64,000 nt of DNA from an uncultured cyanobacterium (GCA_963793265.1 CAWBZI010000002.1:352001-416000); one strand, 5' to 3'. Counted from the first letter of the stretch, positions 1 through 10,847 are shown. A program made the numbers and translations. Notes: generated by a model from the sequence alone, not told the origin.

Positions 1-1795
1 ACTGCCTGGCACTGATTTGCTTTACGAGCCGAGTGCTCTCGGACGTGCCCTGTGTGGCCCATAGCTCGTAGCCATCAACGGTATTAGCCAGCATGAAAAA
101 AGTGTTTTCTATCGATGTCATCAAGCGCGGCACGGAGCCACTTTCTCCGACATAAATGTCTTTTAACAGCCTCGTTCCCGACGGCGTACCGTCGCTTGTC
201 CATGGTTCCCAGCCAAGTCCTGGGGTTTCAGCGGCCATATAGATACGATTTTCACTCTGATTCTGGGCGCTGTTCTGTGCCTGATTCTGACTGGCTACAA
301 TGTCGCTTATGGGCAGTCTTGCCGACTCAATCGTCAGCTTGATTGTCCCGTCAGGCGTACCATCTGTTCGCCATAGCACCGGCTTTCCTGTGCTCCGTTC
401 TGTTTGAAAAAATAGATAGTCACCGGCTACTGGCCCCAGATCTGGCTCATCTCCAGATACGTTTGGCTCTGTTGCGAACGTTGCTAGCCGCTGAGTACCC
501 AACTCACTCTCACCGTCCGTTATCCATAGCTGAAAGTTTGGGTCTACTTCGCGCACACTATCTGCTATCCATCGCTGAGAGCTTGTTTGAGCTGTTGCTA
601 CAAAAAGGAAGCGATCGCCTAAGATCATATCTGGCGATACAAACGTTTCTCCCATACCAAATAAATCTTCTAGCGCTGGATTCAATGACCTAATCTCTCG
701 CGTTCCTTCCTCTGTGCCATCGCTGCTCCAAAGCCGATCAATGCGATCGGTAAACGTCTGGTCATCAACTGCTTTATCAACATAGCTATGGCTCAGTATC
801 CAAAAACGGTCGTCAGATGTGCCAATAATCTCAGGACTCTCTATCCTTGGCTCTTCTTCAGGCAGCCAAAGTTGACCCACTAACCGCGTTCCTTCAGCCG
901 TAGCGTCACTCCCCCATAGCGCTGCTCCTTCAACGTTGTTGCTTAAGAAGAAAAACAGGCGATCGCCTAGCTCAGCCGTCGTATACAACAGTCCAGAAGT
1001 ACTCACACCATACCGGCCGACGTCTTTAAGGATCGTTCCTGGTTTGAGCATGTAGCTATCTACGCCATTGCCAAAATTAGCCACATACTCAGCAGGCACG
1101 TAGTACCGAGCATCTGTTCCCGCTGAATTTAGCCGACACAATAGCGCTGTCGCTTCGCCTCGGGTGATGCTGGCGTTGGGCCGCAGTTCAGATATTTTAG
1201 GATAGTTAACTACTAGCTCTTGGCGCGTGGCGGCAGCTAGCATCGCTTTTGCATAGTCAGGAATCGCCGTAGCATCTTCAAAATGCTGCTGAAGAATAGC
1301 CGCGCTATTAGCTGGTGGTGACAGCTTTTGAGCATTTGCAATCACAATGACGGCCTGCGCCCGCGTGATTGGCTGAGCGGGCCTAAATCTGTTGTTTGGA
1401 TAGCCGCTCAAAAAGCCTTTTTCATAGGCCGTCGCGATCGCCGCCCTCCCCCAAAAGTCTTGCTCAACATCTGCAAAATCAGGAGCCTCTCGCACGTTAG
1501 GCGCATCGGGAAATGCCCGCACCATCACCGCCGCAAACTCAGTGCGCGTCATGGTGCCATCAGGCCGGAACTGTCCGTTCAGATAGCCTGACATCAGCCC
1601 TTCAGTGCCCATTCCCTCAATGCAAGCTGCTGCCCAGTGCGTAATTGTATCGTTAAACTGGGCGGATCTTTCTGTCAGTAGCTGAGCGTGGCTAGGCTGT
1701 AGAACGACGGCAGGAGTCGCGATCGCAGCCGCTCCTAAATATAGAAAATAACAGAGAGAATAACGCCGTAAAAAATAGCTTCTAAATAAGTGCAT
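1..1795 (-). CDS. S-layer homology (SLH) domain surface protein with ELWxxDGT-like repeats (3' end runs off the window)
   Basis: Not in the ORF track because no stop lies in the window. Manual translation from ATG 1795 gives a signal-peptide-like N-terminus (MHLFRSYFLRRYSLCYFLYLGAAAIATPAVVLQPSHAQ), an SLH motif (FNDTITHWAAACIEGM...GQFRPDGTMTRTEFAA), and repeats such as LWGSDATAEGTRLV, LWITDG and GYELWATQGTSESTRLVKQI. Overlaps the upstream gene end by 14 nt. Confidence 0.85.
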   Translation of the reverse strand, partial: MHLFRSYFLRRYSLCYFLYLGAAAIATPAVVLQPSHAQLLTERSAQFNDTITHWAAACIEGMGTEGLMSGYLNGQFRPDGTMTRTEFAAVMVRAFPDAPNVREAPDFADVEQDFWGRAAIATAYEKGFLSGYPNNRFRPAQPITRAQAVIVIANAQKLSPPANSAAILQQHFEDATAIPDYAKAMLAAATRQELVVNYPKISELRPNASITRGEATALLCRLNSAGTDARYYVPAEYVANFGNGVDSYMLKPGTILKDVGRYGVSTSGLLYTTAELGDRLFFFLSNNVEGAALWGSDATAEGTRLVGQLWLPEEEPRIESPEIIGTSDDRFWILSHSYVDKAVDDQTFTDRIDRLWSSDGTEEGTREIRSLNPALEDLFGMGETFVSPDMILGDRFLFVATAQTSSQRWIADSVREVDPNFQLWITDGESELGTQRLATFATEPNVSGDEPDLGPVAGDYLFFQTERSTGKPVLWRTDGTPDGTIKLTIESARLPISDIVASQNQAQNSAQNQSENRIYMAAETPGLGWEPWTSDGTPSGTRLLKDIYVGESGSVPRLMTSIENTFFMLANTVDGYELWATQGTSESTRLVKQISARQ

Positions 1796-4700
1796 AAGGT
1801 CTTTCAATTCCATATCCCTGCATAAAGTCCACACCAATCTTGCCTAACATATCTTGTACTTTGCGATCGCCTACAAACTCCGCAATTGTTTGCAGGCCCA
1901 TGACGTGCCCAATATCACTAATAGCTTCTACAATGGCCAGAGCCGTTTCGTCTTCGCTAAGATCGGTAATAAACTTACCGTCTATCTTGATGTAGTCTAC
2001 CGGCAGCGTTTTTAAATAGGCAAAGGAAGACATGCCGCTACCAAAGTCATCGAGTGCAAAGCAAAAGCCGAGCTGCTTGAGTTCGCCGATAAAATCGATA
2101 GCCTGATTTAAGTTCGCGATCACCGCTGTTTCTGTTATTTCAAAGCAAATCGTTTTAGGATCTATTTCATACTTGTTCAACTGTGCTTTTAGGAAAGTTA
2201 AAAACCGATCGTTTCCAACGCTTGCACCTGAGAGATTAATCATATAGAGCGATGAGGGAAGCGCGGGTAGGTGACGATTGCTCAGATAAGAAAAGAACGA
2301 TCTCACGACCCACTGATCAATATCTGGCATCAGGTCGTAGCGCTCTGCTGCTGGGATGAAAGCCCCCGGCAAAATTAGATCCCCCGACTCGTTAACCATC
2401 CGTAGCAGAATCTCAGTGTGGGTGCTGACACTTTTGTCTGTAGGCACTATTTTTTGCTGATATAGGCAAAACTGATCCATTTCTAGCGCCTGCTTGATGC
2501 GCAGACTCCACTGCTGCTGCCCTCGCTGCCTAATAATCTCGGCGCTGTCTGGCTGATACACCTGCACTCGATTTCGCCCTTTGGACTTTGCCGTATAGCA
2601 GGCGGTATCTGCCGCGCTCAGCGTGGTCATGACGGTTTGGCTGCTCGTATCGATCACAACTAGCCCCACGCTCACGCCAATCCGAAAGGTGATTCCCTGC
2701 CAACAGAACCGAAAGTTTGTCACGGCTTCTCTTATTTGATCGGCAATGAGACTAGCTCGATTCAGCGGGCACTGATATAGCAGTATTGCAAACTCATCCC
2801 CGCCTAGTCTGGCTAGCGTATCGGCGGCCCGCACCTGACGGCTCAACAGGACTGAAACCTGCCTTAACATCTCATCGCCAGCCGTGTGCCCGCAGGTATC
2901 GTTAACGACCTTAAACTGATCCAAGTCAAGGTAGCAGAGCACGTGCTGCTGTCCTGGCAAAATAACCTCGTGTGCCTCGGCTAAAACCTGTTCAAACTGC
3001 CGTCTGTTCACTAAGCCTGTTAGCGCATCGTGCCCTGCCTGCCACGATAGCTGCCGGGCCACCTGCCGGGCGTGGGTAGCATCGCGAAACACCATGACTG
3101 CGCCAATCATTTTTCCGTCTCGGTTTCGTAACGGTGCTGCTGAATCATCAATTCCGTATTCTGTTCCTTCTTTAGCTACCAAAATCGTATTGTTGGCTAG
3201 CCCAGTAGCGCAGCCATTGCTCAAAACTCTTTCTACCGGGCTTTGTACAAGCTTTCGGGTTGTTTCATTCAAAATCACAAAGATTTCATTTAGGGGCCTT
3301 TTTAAAGCAGATAGATAGCTCCATCCGGTGAGCTTCTCTGCAATGGGGTTGAGATAGCTCACAAGGCCCTGTGCATCTGTTGTAATTACCGCATCTCCAA
3401 TTGAATGCAGGGTTACTTGGGCTAGCTCTTTTTCTGAGAAAAGCTGCTGTTCGATCTTCCGTCTTTCATTGATTTCGTGCTGTAGTTCAACTGTTCGAGC
3501 TTCTACTAGCTCTTCTAGGTGATGTCGGTGAAGCGTCAGCTCAGCTTCATTCTTTTTGCGATCGCTAATATCTTCAATAACCGCCGTCAAACAGTCTACG
3601 GTTCCCTGGCTCTGATCTATGCTAGAGGCTATCACCGAAACCCATATCGTACTGCCGTCGCTGCAACAGTACTGCTTCTCTTGCTTAAAGGATTTTATTT
3701 CGCCCTGAATGAGCTGCTGAATCAATCGACTGTTGGGATCTCTACTGTTAGGATGCGTGAGTTCTAAAACGGCTTTTCCAATAAGATCGTCGTGACTGTA
3801 CCCCAACATCTCGCAAAAGCGCTGGTTAACCTGCACGTAGCAGCCGTTAAGGTCGACGTGAACAATGCCTGCTGCTGCCTGTTCAAACGTCTTTCGAAAC
3901 CGAGATTCGTCATTTTTAACTTGAACGGTTAACGACTGGTTAAGCGATCGCAACAGCTTCACTTTCTCACTTTGCAAGCTCTCAACTTGCTGTTGCAAAA
4001 TATTTACAGCTGTACATATTTCTAGCGGGTTGAGCACCGACAGCAGGCTTGTTTGAGTAACTACCCCCGCAACGGCCTGATCGTCATCAACAATCACTAG
4101 ACGTTTAACACCGAGCCGTTGCATGGTCTGGTGAGCTGCCCAAAGAGAATCTGCCGGACTCAAGCAGGTTAGGGGCGCGCTCATGATTACTTGGGCCTGA
4201 ACGCTAGACAGCTCTAACGCTGAAGCGCGAAATCTAACAATATCGCGCTCTGTAAGAATACCTATTGGACGCAGAACAGATTTGGACTGAGCGCTTTCTC
4301 CTACGGTTTGTGTCGATGTGATAACAACACAGCTCACCCGAGCGCTGGCCATTTTTTGCGCGATCACCAGTGCTGTTGTATCACCAGCACTGGCAACAAC
4401 GCCAGTCACCATCACCTCCTCAATTTGCCGTAGCTTCAATAGCACAGTTGGCTGCACTGCCTGACAAATACTATTGGGCGTAGCCACGCCGATTATCTGC
4501 TCACTTCTATCTAAAATAGGAAGATGGCGAATACCGTGCTGCCGAAAGACACTTAGCACGATTAAACAATCAGCCAAAGCATCTTCTGATAGCGTAATTG
4601 GCTGATTTGTCATAATCTCGCCAATACTCAGCCCAGCAAAATCTGTGCCCTGCGCTGTTAGCTTGACAATATCTCGCTCCGTAAAGATACCGATAAGCCT

Positions 4701-4937
4701 ATTTTTTTCAGCAATCAATACGTAGCTCACTGATTTCAGAAAACGAACAGCTCCCGTATCATCGGTATCTATATAGCCCTGGCTCATCCACCGAATGACA
4801 GTCTCTACCGCCGTACTAGGTGCTACTGTCATAGGATGGCGATCGACTGTAGCCTCCACGCCTACGCTACAAGTCGGCGCTGTTACTGTCGGCTGCCAAT
4901 CGTCTTTAGCGCTCTGGGATGAATTCATATTAGTCAA
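1782..4937 (-). CDS. CBS-PAS-GGDEF-EAL diguanylate cyclase/phosphodiesterase
   Basis: CBS pairs (GIFTERDIV, GILTERDIV), two PAS/PAC regions, HDALTGLVNRR, intact RLGGDEF, EAL variant EILLR, DDFGSG, KIDG. Start may be ATG 4928. Confidence 0.95.
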   Translation of the reverse strand: MTNMNSSQSAKDDWQPTVTAPTCSVGVEATVDRHPMTVAPSTAVETVIRWMSQGYIDTDDTGAVRFLKSVSYVLIAEKNRLIGIFTERDIVKLTAQGTDFAGLSIGEIMTNQPITLSEDALADCLIVLSVFRQHGIRHLPILDRSEQIIGVATPNSICQAVQPTVLLKLRQIEEVMVTGVVASAGDTTALVIAQKMASARVSCVVITSTQTVGESAQSKSVLRPIGILTERDIVRFRASALELSSVQAQVIMSAPLTCLSPADSLWAAHQTMQRLGVKRLVIVDDDQAVAGVVTQTSLLSVLNPLEICTAVNILQQQVESLQSEKVKLLRSLNQSLTVQVKNDESRFRKTFEQAAAGIVHVDLNGCYVQVNQRFCEMLGYSHDDLIGKAVLELTHPNSRDPNSRLIQQLIQGEIKSFKQEKQYCCSDGSTIWVSVIASSIDQSQGTVDCLTAVIEDISDRKKNEAELTLHRHHLEELVEARTVELQHEINERRKIEQQLFSEKELAQVTLHSIGDAVITTDAQGLVSYLNPIAEKLTGWSYLSALKRPLNEIFVILNETTRKLVQSPVERVLSNGCATGLANNTILVAKEGTEYGIDDSAAPLRNRDGKMIGAVMVFRDATHARQVARQLSWQAGHDALTGLVNRRQFEQVLAEAHEVILPGQQHVLCYLDLDQFKVVNDTCGHTAGDEMLRQVSVLLSRQVRAADTLARLGGDEFAILLYQCPLNRASLIADQIREAVTNFRFCWQGITFRIGVSVGLVVIDTSSQTVMTTLSAADTACYTAKSKGRNRVQVYQPDSAEIIRQRGQQQWSLRIKQALEMDQFCLYQQKIVPTDKSVSTHTEILLRMVNESGDLILPGAFIPAAERYDLMPDIDQWVVRSFFSYLSNRHLPALPSSLYMINLSGASVGNDRFLTFLKAQLNKYEIDPKTICFEITETAVIANLNQAIDFIGELKQLGFCFALDDFGSGMSSFAYLKTLPVDYIKIDGKFITDLSEDETALAIVEAISDIGHVMGLQTIAEFVGDRKVQDMLGKIGVDFMQGYGIERPYALI

Positions 4938-5250
4938 TGCTCTTGCACATATGGCCCCAAAAGCCGTTGCAAAAGGCTTTAAGAGAACTAATACTACACG
5001 GAAAAAGAACTTACAACATCGATAATCGACAGCTACGCAAGTAATATCGGCTACATGGAATTTCCGCTTTTATACCCGTAATCGTTTAGCAATCGTTCGG
5101 CAGTCGCGCTTACTTGAGAGTATCAGCTTCTTTTGTTATGTCTTATTATTCTCAGGGAATTCTTGGTAGGGCATCGGTAGCTGGCTTTACGTAGAGCACT
5201 GCGAGCGTGCTGCTTACAAAACTTGTTCTACAACTAACAGCGTCTAGAAA

Positions 5251-6957
5251 ATGTTTAATGCCGCCCCTGATTCTCCACGCCACGAGGATCTCAAACGATC
5301 TGTTCGTCAGCTAGCGGCTTGTACTAGGCAGATCTTGGAGCAGGTTGAACAGCAAGCGGAGTATGCTAAAGAGCTGCAGGAGCACGCTACGCTGATTGCT
5401 CAGGCGCAAGCAAAAGAAGAGGCGCTGGTGCGGCAAAAAGCGCTTGTTAAAATTTCCAATCGAATTCGGCGATCGCTAGACTGGTCGGTCATCTGCCAAA
5501 CGGCTACAGCAGAGGTACGCGAACTTCTCAACGCCGATCGTGTCGCTATCTATCGCTTTAATGATGACTGGAGCGGTCGCTTTGTCTTTGAGTCTGCTGG
5601 TGAAAAATGGCGTCCGCTGGTTAGCAACCAGGCGCATAGCGAAACTATCAGTGATAATATCAGCCGTTGCAGCGTTCGACTGCTCGCCACAGACAAAACA
5701 ACTGACGAGGCAAACGCTCAAATCACAGATACCTACTTAAGCGACACCCAGGGCCGTTCGTTTGCGCAGGGCGAAATTTTTAGGATTTGCTCTGACACGC
5801 ACGATGCAGGCTTTAGTGATTGCTACGTCGAAGCCTTGGACAGCTACCAGGCCCGTGCGTATGTAATCGTTGCTATCTATGTTGATCGAAAGCTTTGGGG
5901 GCTGCTTGCGGCTTATCAAAACTCAGGCCCTCGAACCTGGCAAGAGGGCGACGTTCAGCTCGTTGCTCAAGTTGCCGAACAGCTCGGTATTGCGCTCAAG
6001 CAGTCGGCATACGTCCAAACAATTAAGGATCAGTCCGCTGAGCTTCAACAAACTTTACAGCAGCTTAAGCAATCTCAAGTTCAGCTTATTCAGCATGAAA
6101 AGATGGCTAGCCTCGGGCAGCTAGTTGCAGGGATTGCTCACGAAATAAACAATCCTGTCAACTTCATCTATGCCAATCTCTCCCATGTCAAAAATTATAC
6201 AGATGATCTGCTCTCGCTAGCGGCTCTAGTCCATCCAGAGAACGCTTCGGCACTTGATATGCAGGCGTTTAAAGGCGAGGTAGAGTCGCTTGATGTTCCT
6301 TTTATTACTGAAGATCTGCCTAAAACCCTTGCTTCTATGAAAGTAGGCGCAGAGCGCATTCGTCATATTGTTCTATCTTTGCGAAACTTCTCTCGCTTAG
6401 ACGAAGCAGACACCAAACAAGCTGATGTTCATCAGGGGCTCGATAGCACCTTACTAATCCTCGGTCATCGCTTCAAGGCTCACAGCAGTCGAGTAGCCGT
6501 AGACGTTATCAAAGACTATGGCAGTCTGCCTTTGGTTGAGTGCTACCCAGCTCAGCTTAACCAGGTATTTATGAACCTACTAGCCAATGCCTTAGATGCT
6601 CTCGATGAAGCGATTGAGGTTGGTAAGCTAAGTGTGGGTGGCAGTGATAAGGACGATACTGAAACACTGACTCAGCGCGAGCTGCCAAAAATTTGGATTA
6701 CAACCCGTTTTAATCCGCAGTCGCAGGTCGAAATTCGTATCCGTGATAATGGGATCGGACTAGAGCCTTCTGCTCAATCCAAGATGTTCGATCACTTCTT
6801 TACGACTAAAGAAGTAGGCAAAGGAACAGGCTTGGGGCTGGCGATTTCTAAACAGATTATAGAAGAGCATCATGGCGGCAGGCTATACGTTCAGCCTATT
6901 TCAGAGCGAGGCGTAGAGTTTGTAATTTGTCTTTCTCAAAAGCTCCCTGCGCTTTAA
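5251..6957 (+). CDS. Cyanobacteriochrome-type GAF sensor histidine kinase
   Basis: GAF domain (ADRVAIYRF...DTYL...DCY...LWGLLAAYQ), H-box AHEINNP, N-box QVFMNLLANA, G-boxes DNGIG and GTGLGL. Confidence 0.92.
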   Translation: MFNAAPDSPRHEDLKRSVRQLAACTRQILEQVEQQAEYAKELQEHATLIAQAQAKEEALVRQKALVKISNRIRRSLDWSVICQTATAEVRELLNADRVAIYRFNDDWSGRFVFESAGEKWRPLVSNQAHSETISDNISRCSVRLLATDKTTDEANAQITDTYLSDTQGRSFAQGEIFRICSDTHDAGFSDCYVEALDSYQARAYVIVAIYVDRKLWGLLAAYQNSGPRTWQEGDVQLVAQVAEQLGIALKQSAYVQTIKDQSAELQQTLQQLKQSQVQLIQHEKMASLGQLVAGIAHEINNPVNFIYANLSHVKNYTDDLLSLAALVHPENASALDMQAFKGEVESLDVPFITEDLPKTLASMKVGAERIRHIVLSLRNFSRLDEADTKQADVHQGLDSTLLILGHRFKAHSSRVAVDVIKDYGSLPLVECYPAQLNQVFMNLLANALDALDEAIEVGKLSVGGSDKDDTETLTQRELPKIWITTRFNPQSQVEIRIRDNGIGLEPSAQSKMFDHFFTTKEVGKGTGLGLAISKQIIEEHHGGRLYVQPISERGVEFVICLSQKLPAL

Positions 6958-7063
6958 TATTAGGTGGTGGCATTTGTCATCGAAATTTCGCTAGCTTGTG
7001 AATGGTGTATCGAGCAGAACCGTGCAAGAATTCGGGTAGCCGTCGAAAGCCCTAGCGCCACCT

Positions 7064-9130
7064 ATGAGTAGCTCTTCTCACATCAATTTAAACAGTATAG
7101 GCAATAGCGCAGTCAGCTTTGGCCGGGCTATTTGCAGCGACATAGCGCCTTCTACTCAGCGCGAGTGGCTGATCACGAATGGCCTTGGCAGCTACGGCTG
7201 CGGCACGATTTCTGGTATTCTTACTCGCTGCTATCACGGACTGCTAGTGGCAGCTCTGAGTCCGCCTTTGGGCCGCACCCTTTTGCTCACTAAGCTGGAT
7301 GAGGTGGTTCAGTATCAGGGAATGTCTTATCCGCTGAGCTGCGATCGCTGGTCGGGCGGGACGACGACAGGGCATGGCTATCGCAACCTTCAAAGCTTCA
7401 GGCTAGAGGGCACTACACCTACCTGGACATATGCCTGCGCTGATGCGCTGATCGAAAAACGTGTTTGGATGCAGCCTGGTGAAGACACGACTTACACTCG
7501 CTATACGCTGCTTTGTGCGAGTGCGCCGCTGACACTGAGGCTAAAAGCGATTGTGAACTACCGCGATCACCACAGCACAACGCAAAGTGTGAATGAGGGC
7601 AAAACCTGGAAAATTCAAACCAAAGCCCATCCTAGAGGATTAAAAGTCCAAGCTTTTGAGTCTTCAACTCCGTTCTATATTTTAGCGAGCAAAGGTCAGC
7701 TTGTGCCTGCTAACCGATGGTATCAGCACTATTTTTTGACTCAGGAGAACTATCGCGGCCTCTCGCATCTAGACGATCACTTTAACGCTGCTACGCTGAA
7801 GACCGCGCTCTCTGTAGGTGAATCTTTGACTGTTGTAGGCAGTACTCATCCAGCGCCTAATCTGGATGGTGAGACTGCTCTGAAGATTAGAGAAGACTAT
7901 GAAAATAATCTCTTTAACCTCTCACAGTTTGGCAAACAGTTTGGCGAACAGTTTAGCGAACAGTTTGGCGAATCGCAGCCTGCTATAAAGCAGCTTGTTC
8001 TAGCTGCCGATCAGTTCATTGTTAACCGCAAGACGGGTGATGAGGCCGGTAAAACTATTATTGCAGGCTATCCCTGGTTTGGTGACTGGGGGCGCGACAC
8101 GATGATTGCGCTTCCTGGGCTGACGCTGACGACGGGTCGCCCTGAGATTGCCCGCCCTATTCTGCGTACGTTTGCTCGCTATCTCAGTCAGGGAATGCTG
8201 CCGAATAACTTCCCTGAAGCTAATGACACTCCAGGCTACAACACGGTAGACGCGATTCTCTGGTACTTTGAGGCCATTCGCGCTTACTATGATGCCACTC
8301 AAGATATTGAACTGCTAAGAGAACTTTTCCCAGCGCTTCGAGCGGTGATCGACTGGCATGTTCGCGGCACTCGCTACAATATTCAAGTAGATTCTAGCGA
8401 CGGCCTGCTGTATGCGGGTGAACCGACTGAACAGCTTACCTGGATGGATGCCAAGGTTGATGATTGGGTGGTGACGCCGCGAACGGGTAAGCCGATAGAG
8501 ATTAACGCGCTTTGGCTGAATGCTCTCTATTGTATGGCCAGGTTTGCAGAGGATTTAGGCGAGTCTGAGGATGAATATACCAGACTTGCCATGCAGGCTA
8601 GTGAGGGTTTTGAGAGATTTTGGCACTTGAGTAAAGGCTACTGCTACGACGTGATAGACGGCCCTGACGGTCATGATAGTTCTCTTCGGCCTAACCAGAT
8701 TTTTGCCGTTTCTTTGCCCTATGTTGCGCATTTCTCTCCTGAGCAAGAGAAAGCAATTGTTGATGTTTGTGCTCAGCAGCTATTGACCTCTCATGGGCTG
8801 CGATCGCTCACGCCCAATCATCCTGACTATATTGGTATCTATGGGGGCGATCGCTACAAACGCGATGGCGCTTACCATCAGGGCACCGTTTGGAGCTGGC
8901 TAATCGGGCCTTTTGTTCAAGCTCACCTCAAGGTTTATAAAAATCCTAAGCTGGCTAGGGCTTTTCTCACGCCGCTGACGCAGCATCTCAGGGCAGGTTG
9001 CGTGGGTACGCTGAGCGAAATTTTTGATGGCGACGCGCCTTTCACCCCTCGTGGCGCTTTTGCCCAAGCTTGGTCGGTAGCTGAGGTGTTGCGAGCCTGG
9101 CAGCTTATTGAAGAGCACCCGCGCCCTTAG
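7064..9130 (+). CDS. Glycogen debranching enzyme family (amylo-alpha-1,6-glucosidase)
   Basis: REWLITNGLGSY N-terminal motif, IAGYPWFGDWGRDT, LTWMDAK, AYHQGTVW, QAWSVAE. Confidence 0.92.
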   Translation: MSSSSHINLNSIGNSAVSFGRAICSDIAPSTQREWLITNGLGSYGCGTISGILTRCYHGLLVAALSPPLGRTLLLTKLDEVVQYQGMSYPLSCDRWSGGTTTGHGYRNLQSFRLEGTTPTWTYACADALIEKRVWMQPGEDTTYTRYTLLCASAPLTLRLKAIVNYRDHHSTTQSVNEGKTWKIQTKAHPRGLKVQAFESSTPFYILASKGQLVPANRWYQHYFLTQENYRGLSHLDDHFNAATLKTALSVGESLTVVGSTHPAPNLDGETALKIREDYENNLFNLSQFGKQFGEQFSEQFGESQPAIKQLVLAADQFIVNRKTGDEAGKTIIAGYPWFGDWGRDTMIALPGLTLTTGRPEIARPILRTFARYLSQGMLPNNFPEANDTPGYNTVDAILWYFEAIRAYYDATQDIELLRELFPALRAVIDWHVRGTRYNIQVDSSDGLLYAGEPTEQLTWMDAKVDDWVVTPRTGKPIEINALWLNALYCMARFAEDLGESEDEYTRLAMQASEGFERFWHLSKGYCYDVIDGPDGHDSSLRPNQIFAVSLPYVAHFSPEQEKAIVDVCAQQLLTSHGLRSLTPNHPDYIGIYGGDRYKRDGAYHQGTVWSWLIGPFVQAHLKVYKNPKLARAFLTPLTQHLRAGCVGTLSEIFDGDAPFTPRGAFAQAWSVAEVLRAWQLIEEHPRP
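7925..7972 (+). repeat. Four in-frame 12-bp tandem repeats (CAGTTTGGCGAA-like) inside the debranching enzyme gene
   Basis: Encodes QFGK QFGE QFSE QFGE. Confidence 0.9.
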
Positions 9131-9146
9131 CTTGAGTGAAATATAA

Positions 9147-9644
9147 CTACTGTACAATTTCTTCCAGGCGGAACCGGCCTATTTTAGCGATTTCAGAGAG
9201 CGATCGCGCCTTTTCTTCCACTTGTTCGTGCTCCAAACGTTCTTCAAAAGCTGCCAGAATTTCTGCCTTTCCATAGCCTTTTACGGCCATAACAAAGGGA
9301 AATCCAAACTTTTGCTGATAGGCCACGTTTAGCTGTTGGATGCGATCGCGCTCATCCGCATTCATTTGCCCCAACCCTGCGCCTGCCTGCTCCTGCACAG
9401 AAGCCTCAGCCATCTTTGTCGTCGCCCCTAGCTCAGGATGCGCCTGAATAAGAGCGATCTGTTCATCGGCTGACATCTGGCTTACAACAGCTACCATCTT
9501 GCTGTGTAAGTCCGAGACATCTTCAAACGGACGCCTGTTCCAAGCCCTTGCTGCCACGCTGGGCGTTTCCTCAAAAACAGCACCCAGCAGCGCAACAAAC
9601 GCTGCCTTGTCTAGCTGATTAATTTGGCTAATTGAGTAGCTCAA
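9147..9644 (-). CDS. uraD: OHCU decarboxylase (purine/urate catabolism)
   Basis: AHPELG, SVQEQAGAGL, YQQKFGFPFVMAVKG and EIAKIGRFRL motifs; TTG start. Confidence 0.9.
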   Translation of the reverse strand: MSYSISQINQLDKAAFVALLGAVFEETPSVAARAWNRRPFEDVSDLHSKMVAVVSQMSADEQIALIQAHPELGATTKMAEASVQEQAGAGLGQMNADERDRIQQLNVAYQQKFGFPFVMAVKGYGKAEILAAFEERLEHEQVEEKARSLSEIAKIGRFRLEEIVQ

Positions 9645-9686
9645 GGGGGTGCTTCACTATAGGGTGCTGTTTGAGGATCAAATAAT

Positions 9687-10601
9687 CTAGCCCTTGCGCT
9701 CTACGGCATAGACAGCCTGTAGCTTGTACTGCTCGCCCGGCGACACTTCAATCACCTCGTCAGCAGCGTTGGCAGTTTCTACACAGACAAATCGCTGATA
9801 GTCATTATCTTCTAAGTCTGCCATCTTAGTGGAAATCTCTTTCCATGGATTCCAAACGATGGCGGTGCTGCTGCCGGTTGTTGAAATTCGGATGTGACGG
9901 CCCAGCTCACCATCCTCAATAGATAGCTCCGGTTTGACATTGGTATAAACGCGATCAACTTCTTCTGAGATTCTGATATCGCCATGCTGCGTTTTCTCTG
10001 CGCCATTATCTACTTTGTCAATATATGGCGCATTGTCTAGGCCGCTGACGATAACCTGACTGATATCGCCAGTTGAGAAGTAGGTGTGGAATGCTTGGGT
10101 GATAGAAAAGGCTTGGTCGCCTGTGTTTTTGGTGAGTAGGGCAACGGCAAGCTGAGCGCCAATGGTGATCTCGATGACTAGCTCAAAGCTGTGAGGCCAG
10201 ATTGCTCTAGTCTCTTCGCTGTCGGTGACGCCTAGCTTGACTTTAATATCGCCATCAGCCGTTTTTTCGGTGCTGAGCAAGTCCCACATGCGGTTGCGTA
10301 CAAAACCGTGGCTAGCGCGTCCTTTGTCTTCTGGGTCGGGGCCAAACCAGGGCCAACAGATCGGAATGCCGCCTTTCATGGCTTTGCCGGGCTGATAGTA
10401 GGCGTTTTCGCTAAGGAATATCAGGTCTTGGGGCTCGCCTGCGGGCTGATAGGAAATGACTTGCCCTGAGTAAATGGAGATTTTGGCTTTAGCTTTTGGG
10501 CTATCTATTTCAATGACCGGAAAGCCGCCTTTACCTTCTACTACTTTGAGCTGACTCGGAATTCCGAATTCTTTGTCTAGCTGATTGACACTCATATGCA
10601 T
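9687..10601 (-). CDS. D-hexose-6-phosphate mutarotase (aldose 1-epimerase family)
   Basis: GGIPICWPWFG, HGFVRN, AFHTYF, EEVDRVY, VWNPW, FVCVE. Confidence 0.92.
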   Translation of the reverse strand: MHMSVNQLDKEFGIPSQLKVVEGKGGFPVIEIDSPKAKAKISIYSGQVISYQPAGEPQDLIFLSENAYYQPGKAMKGGIPICWPWFGPDPEDKGRASHGFVRNRMWDLLSTEKTADGDIKVKLGVTDSEETRAIWPHSFELVIEITIGAQLAVALLTKNTGDQAFSITQAFHTYFSTGDISQVIVSGLDNAPYIDKVDNGAEKTQHGDIRISEEVDRVYTNVKPELSIEDGELGRHIRISTTGSSTAIVWNPWKEISTKMADLEDNDYQRFVCVETANAADEVIEVSPGEQYKLQAVYAVERKG

Positions 10602-10847
10602 TTGCCTGTGATTTTCTGCCTTCTTATTTAAGCCTGCTGAGGCGAAGGCGCTTACTCGCCTAAATCTTTAAACATGCTTCTATACACAAGTACTTTAGCC
10701 TGACGTTTTAAAGTATGGTTTGATACATTCGCTGTTCTTAAGTTGAGTCTACTCAAACTATGTAAAGACTACTATTAGTTTGTGCGAGTCTCAATAGTGA
10801 GCGCTAAAGTTTGTTCTTTTGGGAGAGTATTGAGCGGGGGTTACCTG

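Noticed and set aside
115..1591. Short plus-strand ORFs at the window start
   Set aside because: They lie antisense to the SLH-domain gene and show no motifs.
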